Source: Puniceicoccales bacterium (lineage in GTDB: Bacteria > Verrucomicrobiota > Verrucomicrobiia > Opitutales > JAIRLG01). From it: DNA of 32,000 bases. Positions 1 through 6,815 of this stretch are shown here, piece after piece. The notes under the pieces were generated by a model. It was not told the origin of the DNA. It was given only the letters and a program-made list of their open reading frames with translations, and ran no database searches. Numbering within the stretch: position 1 is the stretch's first letter; each line of letters begins with the position of its first letter. The stretch is from contig JAITRB010000002.1 in the NCBI GenBank assembly GCA_031288595.1, positions 1 to 32,000 on the forward strand, read 5' to 3'. Position numbers and translations under genes: made by a program.

Positions 1-323
1 TCCTATGGCAAGTACCCTCCTATGGCAAGTACCCTCCTATGGCAAGTACCCTCCTATGGCAAGTACCCTCCTATGGCAAGTACCCTCCTATGGCAAGTAC
101 CCTCCTCTGGCAAGTACCCTCCTATGGCAAGTACCCTCCGATGGCAAGTACCCTCCTATGGCAAGTACCCTCCTATGGCACGTACCCTCCTATGGCAACT
201 ACACTCCTCAGGCAAGTACACTCCTTTAACATATAATGTCCTTTGGCATGTACCCTCCTATGTCAAATACCCACCTACGTCATTTTCACTCCTATGGCAA
301 GTACCCTCCTATGGCAAGTACTT
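1..323. repeat. Tandem array of about 19 units of a 17-bp repeat (TCCTATGGCAAGTACCC), truncated by the window edge
   Basis: Read directly. Units at 1-17, 18-34 and onward through 86-102 are identical. Single substitutions occur in units 103-119, 137-153 and 171-187. Units 188-289 are progressively diverged but stay in exact 17-nt register. Near-perfect units return at 290-306 and 307-323. Confidence 0.97.
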
Positions 324-486
324 TCTAAGGAGTTCCCCTGTTCTGGCAAATTCTTATTCTCTGGCCTTGACAAAAAAACAAGATGGGAAGGAAGGGGGAA
401 AATGACGGCCAGCGGCGCGAAGGGCATGAGAGGATTCCCCTGGGGAATTGAGTGCGAGGCGCCTTGTGGGGGACTCGGGGTTGAGC

Positions 487-562
487 TGGAGCCGGGAATG
501 AGATTCGAACTCACGACCCACGCATTACGAATGCGTTGCTCTACCAGCTGAGCTATCCCGGC
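487..562 (-). tRNA. tRNA-Thr (anticodon CGU), 76 nt, CCA encoded
   Basis: Reverse complement folds as GCCGGGA-TA-GCTC-AGCTGGTA-GAGC-A-ACGCA-TTCGTAA-TGCGT-GGGTC-GTGAG-TTCGAAT-CTCAT-TCCCGGC-T-CCA. This is a canonical cloverleaf with a T-loop TTCGAAT and anticodon loop TTCGTAA. Confidence 0.93.
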
Positions 563-598
563 AAAATCTCCCTTCGCCGCTCCGGTACTTCCCCTTTC

Positions 599-674
599 TG
601 GAGCCGACTGTCAGAATCGAACTGACGACCGTCCGCTTACAAGGCGGGTGCTCTACCAGCTGAGCTAAGTCGGC
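599..674 (-). tRNA. tRNA-Thr (anticodon UGU), 76 nt, CCA encoded
   Basis: Reverse complement folds as GCCGACT-TA-GCTC-AGCTGGTA-GAGC-A-CCCGC-CTTGTAA-GCGGA-CGGTC-GTCAG-TTCGATT-CTGAC-AGTCGGC-T-CCA. The anticodon loop is CTTGTAA. Confidence 0.92.
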
Positions 675-683
675 CCTCTCGCC

Positions 684-758
684 TGGTGAGTCGACTGGGA
701 CTCGAACCCAGAACCAATGGCTTAAAAGGCCACTGCTCTACCATTGAGCTACCGACCC
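684..758 (-). tRNA. tRNA-Lys (anticodon UUU), 75 nt, CCA encoded
   Basis: Reverse complement folds as GGGTCGG-TA-GCTC-AATGGTA-GAGC-A-GTGGC-CTTTTAA-GCCAT-TGGTT-CTGGG-TTCGAGT-CCCAG-TCGACTC-A-CCA. The acceptor stem has two G-U pairs. Confidence 0.92.
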
Positions 759-771
759 CGAACGCAGGCCT

Positions 772-800
772 TAACTTGGATGCCTACTCTGGCCTGTCAA
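772..800 (-). promoter_or_regulatory. Candidate sigma70-type promoter for the tRNA cluster
   Basis: Minus strand reads TTGACA (795-800), then a 17-nt spacer, then AAGTTA (772-777), about 14 nt upstream of the tRNA-Lys 5' end. The -35 is perfect and the -10 is poor. Confidence 0.25.
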
Positions 801-907
801 CGCCGAAAGGGAATGGGATCGGGAGGAGCCGTTTTTGGGAAGTGGCTAATTCCGGAACCACCGGGAACGCATAGGTCACTCGTTTCAGGGGAGAAAATTT
901 TAAGAAA

Positions 908-944
908 TACCTGAGGATAAGAACAAAATACCCGGAGATAAGAA
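908..944. repeat. Two 17-nt direct repeats with a 20-bp period (TACCTGAGGATAAGAAC / TACCCGGAGATAAGAAC)
   Basis: Read directly. 14 of 17 positions are identical, at 908-924 and 928-944, in the spacer between the permease gene stop and the tRNA-Lys gene. Confidence 0.7.
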
Positions 945-1067
945 CGATATGTGAACCCTCGGGGATTTTTCGAACAGTTTGCAGGGCTCAGAAGCCCAAA
1001 CATCCTGAGAAGTGAGCTCGAGATGATTGCTCCGGAAGCTGATGGGGAAAGGGCATCGCCATGCCAC

Positions 1068-1913
1068 TCAGGATCGCTGGCGCATGTAGTAATCCCTCAG
1101 GCCATCTCCCAAAAAATTGAGCGCGATGAGCGTCGTGACGAAGAAAAGACTGGGAATGAGGAGCATCCAGGGATAGATACCGATGAACTGGACACCGTCG
1201 GAGATCAGCACACCCCAGGAGCTCTGAGGTGCCTGCACACCGAGCCCGAGAAAGCTCAAAAAGGATTCCAGGATCATGATATTGGGCAAGGTCAGGGTGC
1301 CGTAGACCAGGAGCGTATCCAGCAGGTTGGGGTAGATGTGCAGGCGCAGGATCTTCCAGCTGCGCTGGCCCAATAAACGGGAGCTCTGCACGAATCCCTG
1401 GTCGCGCAATAGACTTACCTCCGCCCGGACAATTCTGGCCGGAGTCAACCACTCGATGGCCCCAATGGCCAGGAATAACGCCATGATATTGCGCCCGACG
1501 ATCATCATCAAGAGGATCACGAAGAGCGTCAAGGGGAGGGGATAGAGGATGTCGACCAGGCGCATCATCAGCGTATCGACATTGCCTCCGATATAGCCGG
1601 AAACCGAGCCGTAGAGCGTTCCGATCAGCAGTGCTGTTAGCGTCGCCACCGCTCCGACAGAGAGCGAGATACGCCCCCCATAGAGCACCCGAGCACAGAG
1701 ATCGCGGCCCAGCAGGTCCGTTCCGAAGAAATGTGTCCAGCTGGGCGCTACCGCCCCCAGCGCGATATTCTGCTCGTCATAACGGTAGGGCAGGAATAGG
1801 GGTAATACGAAGCAGATGAGGCTCAGCAGGGCCAGAAATCCAGCCGAGAGCCATAGGCGCTTATGGCAAAATCTTTTCAGAATTGGTGCAGCTCCCACGT
1901 GTTTGCAAGACAA
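1068..1913 (-). CDS. ABC transporter permease, OppC/DppC (binding-protein-dependent transport inner-membrane component) family
   Basis: The 281-aa ORF has the N-terminal FGTDLLGRDLCARVLYGGRISL motif typical of OppC/DppC. It has an EAA-like loop (SSRLLGQRSWKILRLHIYPNLLDTLLV) and multiple hydrophobic helices. The start is uncertain: position 1913 is TTG, a GTG lies at 1898, and there is no in-frame ATG near the N-terminus. Confidence 0.85.
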   Translation of the reverse strand: MSCKHVGAAPILKRFCHKRLWLSAGFLALLSLICFVLPLFLPYRYDEQNIALGAVAPSWTHFFGTDLLGRDLCARVLYGGRISLSVGAVATLTALLIGTLYGSVSGYIGGNVDTLMMRLVDILYPLPLTLFVILLMMIVGRNIMALFLAIGAIEWLTPARIVRAEVSLLRDQGFVQSSRLLGQRSWKILRLHIYPNLLDTLLVYGTLTLPNIMILESFLSFLGLGVQAPQSSWGVLISDGVQFIGIYPWMLLIPSLFFVTTLIALNFLGDGLRDYYMRQRS

Positions 1914-1946
1914 AAAAATCGAGGCGGAATCGCCTTCTCCGATAGA

Positions 1947-2696
1947 TTACATGCTCATGCCACCGTCCACTGTCAAGACTTGTCCTGTGATGTAGGCCGC
2001 TGCATCGGAGCAGAGAAAGCCCACTAGGGCCGCGATATCCTGGACTGAGCCCGCCCGCTTCATGGGGATTCTCTTGAGCATTTCGTCCCAAACGGGCTCG
2101 GCCAGAGTTCGAGTCATATCGGTGCTGATCAGCCCCGGGGCAATCGCATTGACGCAGATTCCCCGTGAAGCGACTTCCCGCGCGACGGACTTCGTCAACC
2201 CGATCAGGCCGGCCTTGGCCGCAGCGTAGTTGGCCTGGCCGAAATTCCCCATCTTCCCGACGACGGAGGACATGTTGAGGATGCGTCCCCAACGCCCCTG
2301 AACCATGCCTGGCAGCAGGTATCTCGTCCACAGAAAGGCACTTGTCAGGCTCGTTTGGATCACTGCATCCCAGTCTTCATCGGATGTTCTCACCACCAGC
2401 GCATTGCGCAGAATTCCCGCATTATTGACGAGAATTTCGACGCTGCCCAGGCGGTCCAAAATCTCCCCACAGGCCTCTTTTATGCCGGCGCGGTCGGTCA
2501 CGTCGACCGCCAAGGCCTCCGCCTCACCGCCCTGTTCGCGGATCAACTGGGCTACGCGCTCGCAATTTTCCGCCGTCCGGCTGACGCAGATCACATGGCA
2601 TCCCTGTTCCGCCAATGTACGGGCGATGGCCTCTCCGATCCCACGCCCCGCACCGGTCACCAGGGCTTTTTTTCTCCTCAGCGATGACGCATCCAT
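1947..2696 (-). CDS. fabG: 3-oxoacyl-ACP reductase-like short-chain dehydrogenase/reductase (FabG family)
   Basis: Rossmann motif KKALVTGAGRGIG, NNAG, and catalytic Y-x3-K (NYAAAKAG) are present. I chose the ATG at 2696 (MDASSLRRKKALVTGAG), giving about 249 aa. The track ORF starts further upstream at a GTG (2786). Confidence 0.88.
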   Translation of the reverse strand: MDASSLRRKKALVTGAGRGIGEAIARTLAEQGCHVICVSRTAENCERVAQLIREQGGEAEALAVDVTDRAGIKEACGEILDRLGSVEILVNNAGILRNALVVRTSDEDWDAVIQTSLTSAFLWTRYLLPGMVQGRWGRILNMSSVVGKMGNFGQANYAAAKAGLIGLTKSVAREVASRGICVNAIAPGLISTDMTRTLAEPVWDEMLKRIPMKRAGSVQDIAALVGFLCSDAAAYITGQVLTVDGGMSM

Positions 2697-2705
2697 GGAG
2701 ACTTC

Positions 2706-2734
2706 AATATCGAAAATCGCTCCCACCTCGTCAA
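2706..2734 (-). promoter_or_regulatory. Candidate promoter for fabG (TTGACG-17 nt-GATATT) only 9 nt from the ATG
   Basis: Minus strand reads TTGACG (2729-2734), a 17-nt spacer, GATATT (2706-2711), then GAAGTCTCC and the ATG (2696). No Shine-Dalgarno sequence is visible. Confidence 0.35.
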
Positions 2735-2830
2735 GCGGAGTTTTCAAGCTTTTCGCCCCTCTGCGGATTTGATGGCCTTCGAACACCGAGCTTCCCCGAA
2801 AAAATCTCCATTGCTTCCAGTTTGGATTCT

Positions 2831-2863
2831 AAAAAATCCCCTCCTCTTCAGCTCGGGAAGAGG
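2831..2863 (-). terminator. Candidate intrinsic terminator downstream of rplQ
   Basis: Minus strand has a CCTCTTC / GAAGAGG 7-bp stem (2843-2849 / 2857-2863) with a 7-nt loop. It is followed after AGGGGA by TTTTTT (2831-2836). The 6-nt gap between stem and T-run is non-canonical. Confidence 0.3.
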
Positions 2864-3054
2864 GTAGCGAATATTCGCCTCAAGGCCTTCAAAGACCCTG
2901 GGCCCCAAGCTCCTAGCCCAATCGAAATTCAGCACGGGAACCCCGACATCCTGAGCTCCGCTGGCCACCTTCGGTCAAGGCGCTCATAAACCTTCACCCT
3001 GCCGTATTCTCATTTTCGGCCAGTTTCCTCAGTTGCGATCCTCAGAATATCGCC

Positions 3055-3783
3055 CTAGTCGAAAGTGGTGGCCTCTTGGGCAGGCTCTCTGTTTCCCGCC
3101 GATTTTCCATCCCTTTTTTCCTCACCCTCTGCGTTTCCGGGAACCGATAAATCCGATGTCGAAGGGTCCGGGGTCGATAAATCCGAGTCTGGAGCGTTCG
3201 GCGACGCTTGCTTCAGAACGGATAGATCCGGAGCGACGGATGGATTGGAACTCCATGAAGCCTGAGTTGACGAATCCAAAGTAGACGAATGCACACTCGG
3301 CAGGTCTGGGGTCGATGAGCTGGAGGCTGGCGAAGCCGAGGCCGATGGAGACGCGGACTTCCTATTCTGGCCGGAGCGGCGGGGCTTCTTATAGCCTTTA
3401 TCCTCAGCAGCGATCAACTCGATCAGCGCCATCTTGGCTGCATCGCCCCGACGAGGCACAAGCTTGTAAATGCGCGTGTAACCGCCTGGGCGTTTCATGA
3501 ATTCCCCTGCCCGTTCCACAAAAAGCTGCTTGACCGCGGCTTCATCCTGAACCCGAGCGACGGCCAAGCGGCGAAAATGGATGCGTTCGGCCGGGACTTC
3601 GGCGGCCTGGGCCTTTTTGGCCATGGTGATGATCTTTTCCGCGAACGGACGGAGCGCCTTGGCCTTGGCCAGGGTCGTTTCGATGCGGCCGCTGCGGAAC
3701 AGCGCCGCGGCCAGATGCGACATCAAGGCAGCCCGATGCTCCTTCTTCCTGCTCAGCGAATATCTGTGTAAACCGTGACGCAT
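3055..3783 (-). CDS. rplQ: 50S ribosomal protein L17 with a roughly 118-aa Ser/Pro/Asp-rich C-terminal tail
   Basis: The N-terminal 124 aa (MRHGLHRYSLSRKKEHRAALMSHLAAAL...IETTLAKAKALRPFAEKIIT...GGYTRIYKL) is a typical L17. It occupies the expected position after rpoA. ATG at 3783 was verified. Confidence 0.95.
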   Translation of the reverse strand: MRHGLHRYSLSRKKEHRAALMSHLAAALFRSGRIETTLAKAKALRPFAEKIITMAKKAQAAEVPAERIHFRRLAVARVQDEAAVKQLFVERAGEFMKRPGGYTRIYKLVPRRGDAAKMALIELIAAEDKGYKKPRRSGQNRKSASPSASASPASSSSTPDLPSVHSSTLDSSTQASWSSNPSVAPDLSVLKQASPNAPDSDLSTPDPSTSDLSVPGNAEGEEKRDGKSAGNREPAQEATTFD

Positions 3784-3795
3784 TTTAAAAAAAAC

Positions 3796-4800
3796 TCAAT
3801 GACCCATCGGCCGTCTGTCCACCAGACGCTCATCGATCTTGCTGCCCAGGGAAAGGCCCAGTTCCTCCAGCTTCAGGCGGATCTCGTTGAGCGATTTCTT
3901 CCCGAAGTTCCGGTACTTCAGCATCTCGGATTCCGACTTCATGGCCAGCTCGCCGACGGTCGTGATATTGGCATTGTTCAGGCAATTGGCCGCGCGGACG
4001 GACAACTCGATCTCGTTGACGCTCATGTTCAGCAGGATTTTCAGGCGATTCTGTTCTTCGTTCACCTCCTGCACCTCGTCATCGAATTCCAGTTCCGCGG
4101 CACTGATACCTTCGAAAACGCGCAGGTGGCGCTGCAGCACGACGACGCTCTCCTTCAGGGCCTCATCCGGCGAAATGCAACCATCGGTTTCGATTTCCAG
4201 GATGAGGCGATCGAAATTCGTCATCTGCCCGACGCGCGTATCCTCCACGGTGTAGCGCACGAGAAGAACAGGGCTGAAGAGAGCATCGACAGGGATCAGG
4301 CCGATGTCTTCCGGAGATTTTTTGTAGGCACTGGCCAGGGCATAGCTGCGCCCCACACTGACCTCGATGTCCATCTGCAGGCGGCGCTTGGCATTGATGC
4401 GGCAGATGATGTGCTGCGGATTCATCACCTCAAAGCCCTCTTCACATCGGATATCGCCGGCCGTCACAGCACCCTCGCGATCGACGTCCAGTTTCAGCCA
4501 TACGGATGAACGGGAACTGTAGCGAAAACGCAGCTTCTTCAAATTCAGAACGATGTCCGTCACGTCCTCCACCACTCCATCGATGCTCTGAAATTCGTGA
4601 TTCACGCCCTGGATCCGGATGCAGGTGATGGCCGCTCCCTCGATGGCCCCCAGCAGGACGCGCCGCAAGGTATTGCCCAAACTGTAACCGAAACCCGACT
4701 CGAAGGGTTCCGCGGTGAATTTGGCATAGGTGGTGGATGCCGAGGAATCCTCCTTTACCAGTGTCTGTGGTAACTTTAACTCTCCCAAACGCTTTACCAT
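3796..4800 (-). CDS. rpoA: DNA-directed RNA polymerase alpha subunit
   Basis: 334 aa. N-terminal domain motif GNTLRRVLL and C-terminal domain ELSVRAANCLNNANI are present. Position between rpsD and rplQ. Confidence 0.97.
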   Translation of the reverse strand: MVKRLGELKLPQTLVKEDSSASTTYAKFTAEPFESGFGYSLGNTLRRVLLGAIEGAAITCIRIQGVNHEFQSIDGVVEDVTDIVLNLKKLRFRYSSRSSVWLKLDVDREGAVTAGDIRCEEGFEVMNPQHIICRINAKRRLQMDIEVSVGRSYALASAYKKSPEDIGLIPVDALFSPVLLVRYTVEDTRVGQMTNFDRLILEIETDGCISPDEALKESVVVLQRHLRVFEGISAAELEFDDEVQEVNEEQNRLKILLNMSVNEIELSVRAANCLNNANITTVGELAMKSESEMLKYRNFGKKSLNEIRLKLEELGLSLGSKIDERLVDRRPMGH

Positions 4801-4834
4801 AGATTTTGACCGACGCCGAGGCGATTTTTGAAAA

Positions 4835-5443
4835 TTAGCGGCTGTAGAACTCGACGATCAGCTGTTCATCGATCTCCTGTGTCATCTCCTCCCGCGAGGG
4901 CACGCGGTCGATTTGCCCCTTCATCAAATCGGCATTGAAGGCAATCCAAGCCGGCGGGTTGCGGTAGCGGGTATCCTCCACATTCTGGGCCAAGAGACGT
5001 TTTGAGGCGCTGCGATTGGCCACTTCGATGCACTGGCCCGGGCTACAGATGAAGCTCGGGATATTGACCCGCACACGGTTCACCATCACATGGCCATGGG
5101 TTACGAATTGGCGAGCGGCGCGCCGCGTGCGTGCCAGACCCATAAGGTAAAGGACACTGTCCAGGCGCATTTCCAGCGAGCGCAGGAAAATCTCTCCGAC
5201 GACCCCGCGTTCCTTCTTCGCCCGCTCGAAGATCAGGCGAAATTGCTTTTCGCTCAGGCCATAGAGAAAGCGCAACTTCTGTTTCTCATTGAGGCCAAGC
5301 GCGTAGTCAGAAGTCCGGCGCCTCAGGCGTGGGCCATGCTGCCCCGGGCAATAGGGCTTGCGTTCCGTCGCTTTGCAGGGAGGGAAAATGTCCTGAGCGA
5401 AGCGGCGATTGATTCTGGCCTTGGGTCCGGTGTAACGCGACAT
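4835..5443 (-). CDS. rpsD: 30S ribosomal protein S4
   Basis: Canonical start MSRYTGPKARINRR at ATG 5443 (verified), with YGLSEKQFR and an S4 domain. The track ORF's upstream 42 aa overlap rpsK and were trimmed. Confidence 0.95.
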   Translation of the reverse strand: MSRYTGPKARINRRFAQDIFPPCKATERKPYCPGQHGPRLRRRTSDYALGLNEKQKLRFLYGLSEKQFRLIFERAKKERGVVGEIFLRSLEMRLDSVLYLMGLARTRRAARQFVTHGHVMVNRVRVNIPSFICSPGQCIEVANRSASKRLLAQNVEDTRYRNPPAWIAFNADLMKGQIDRVPSREEMTQEIDEQLIVEFYSR

Positions 5444-5459
5444 ATAAAACTCCCAAATA

Positions 5460-6320
5460 TCAGGGGCGGCGGCGCTTGCGCGGTCGGCAGCCATTGTGGG
5501 GGACGGGTGTCGTATCCACGATGCTCTGTACGGCCAGGCCCAAGCTTTGCAGGGTACGGATCGCCGCATCCCGACCCATGCCCGGGCCGCTGACGTGCAC
5601 CTCTACCTCCTTCATCCCGTGCGACATCGCCGTCCGGCCAGCATCCTGGGTCACCACCTGGGCGGCATAGGCCGTCGCCTTGCGGGAGCCGCGGAAGTTG
5701 CACTTGCCGGAGCTCGACCAGGAAATCACATTGCCGCGCGGATCCGTGAAGGCGACCTTGGTGTTGTTGAAAGTGGCCAGAATGGAGCAAATCCCGTGCG
5801 ACACGTTTTTGCTCTTCTTCGCACGGCGGATCTTCACCCCACTGTGCAGTGCCTCATCCAAAATATCCGAAGCCGAGGGGGATTCCGGCTTTTCCTGCCC
5901 TTTCTTCTCCGATTCGGTCTCCGAGTTTGCCTCTGACTTCGCACTGGGAACGGAAAGCAGCTTCGATCCCGATCGCGCTCTGGGGCCGGCAGAGGATTTC
6001 CTCCTCGGCCTTTCCTCCGATTTCCCCGGACCCCTCGGCTCCGATTCAAAGTTCTCCGAGGTCTTTTGCCCCGTCCCTTCCTCCGCTTTTTCTAAAGATT
6101 TCGGCTTCACACCCTCCGCCGATTCATCCGAGGACACCGGCTTCAGCTCTTTCGGAAAGCCCACCTCCGGCGCTTGGTCCCGCCCCGATTCCTTCACGGA
6201 TTTCATCCACTCGGACGCCGTTTTTTCGGGAAGTTCCAGCGACTCCGGAAGCGCGTCCTCCGCCTGCACGCCAGGCCCCTGCGCCTCCTGCTCCTCCTCT
6301 TTTCGCTCCGATGCCGCCAT
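5460..6320 (-). CDS. rpsK: 30S ribosomal protein S11 with an apparent roughly 161-aa Glu/Ser/Lys/Pro-rich N-terminal extension
   Basis: The C-terminal 125 aa are a canonical S11 ([34 protein letters not shown]...[13 protein letters not shown]). The frame stays open upstream to an ATG at 6320, 40 nt after the rpsM stop. An alternative core-only start is the GTG at 5837. Confidence 0.8.
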   Translation of the reverse strand: MAASERKEEEQEAQGPGVQAEDALPESLELPEKTASEWMKSVKESGRDQAPEVGFPKELKPVSSDESAEGVKPKSLEKAEEGTGQKTSENFESEPRGPGKSEERPRRKSSAGPRARSGSKLLSVPSAKSEANSETESEKKGQEKPESPSASDILDEALHSGVKIRRAKKSKNVSHGICSILATFNNTKVAFTDPRGNVISWSSSGKCNFRGSRKATAYAAQVVTQDAGRTAMSHGMKEVEVHVSGPGMGRDAAIRTLQSLGLAVQSIVDTTPVPHNGCRPRKRRRP

Positions 6321-6360
6321 TTTAAAAGCTTTTCCCAATGTCCCTCTGCGAGCCTCTGCG

Positions 6361-6744
6361 TTACTTCGCCGATGCCTTTCGCACCACTCCCACCGTCTTG
6401 CGCGCGCCCTTACGGGTACGGGCATTGGTCGAGGTACGCTGACCGCGAACCGGTAGGCCGCGCTGGTGACGGATGCCGCGATAGCAGCGAATCGCCTGAA
6501 GTCGCTTCAAATTACCGATAAGCTCGCGGCGCAGGTCACCCTCCACCTTCCAGCCCATCTCACTCACCACAGACATTATGCGGCTGATCTGTTCCTCATT
6601 GAGCTGACGCGAGCGCATCATCGGATCCAGACCCAGGCGATCAACGATGAGCTCGGCGCGCTTGGGACCAATGCCATAGATATAGCGCAGCGCATAGGCC
6701 ACATGTTTATTCTCCGGAACATCGACACCCAAGAGACGCGGCAT
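6361..6744 (-). CDS. rpsM: 30S ribosomal protein S13
   Basis: [30 protein letters not shown]..., 127 aa, with a basic C-terminus. ATG at 6744 was verified. Confidence 0.97.
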   Translation of the reverse strand: MPRLLGVDVPENKHVAYALRYIYGIGPKRAELIVDRLGLDPMMRSRQLNEEQISRIMSVVSEMGWKVEGDLRRELIGNLKRLQAIRCYRGIRHQRGLPVRGQRTSTNARTRKGARKTVGVVRKASAK

Positions 6745-6815
6745 AACTTATTTTCTCATTTCACGGTATCCAAATCCCGCTCGGGGCCAGATACGGATGG
6801 GTTTGGAAATTATTT

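Noticed and set aside
1-323. Possible CRISPR array
   Set aside because: The repeats are only 17 bp and directly abut each other with no spacers. No cas genes are in the window.
5-405. Three overlapping plus-strand ORFs encoding repeats of MASTLLWQVPSYGKYPP
   Set aside because: They are the three frames of the same 17-bp tandem repeat, since 17 is not divisible by 3. The identity is at the 17-nt DNA level rather than a 51-nt coding unit. All three ORFs end within or just past the array, so they are a by-product of a stop-free repeat unit.
243-551. 102-aa plus-strand ORF preceded by an AAGGGGGAAAATG-like ribosome-binding site
   Set aside because: It begins inside the degenerate repeat units and runs antisense through the tRNA-Thr gene. 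It resembles no protein I recognise.
1914-1935. Small hairpin (AGGCG-loop-CGCCT) followed by a T-run on the minus strand between fabG and the permease gene
   Set aside because: The stem is only 5 bp, and the T-run overlaps the candidate TTG start of the permease. This is too weak to call a terminator or attenuator.
2744-2968. 74-aa minus-strand ORF in the rplQ-fabG spacer
   Set aside because: It starts at a GTG, spans the candidate terminator hairpin and promoter, and has no recognisable motif. It is typical of chance ORFs in GC-rich DNA.
3775-4509. 244-aa plus-strand ORF
   Set aside because: It is entirely antisense to the unambiguous rpoA. Long antisense ORFs are expected in GC-rich coding DNA.
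5680-6456. 258-aa and other plus-strand ORFs over the S11 extension region
   Set aside because: They are antisense to rpsK/rpsM and are low-complexity mirror images of the sense frame. There is no independent support.
6745-6815. TTGGAT-17 nt-TAAGTT promoter-like match upstream of rpsM
   Set aside because: The putative -10 directly abuts the ATG, so the transcription start would fall inside the gene. Both hexamers are weak.
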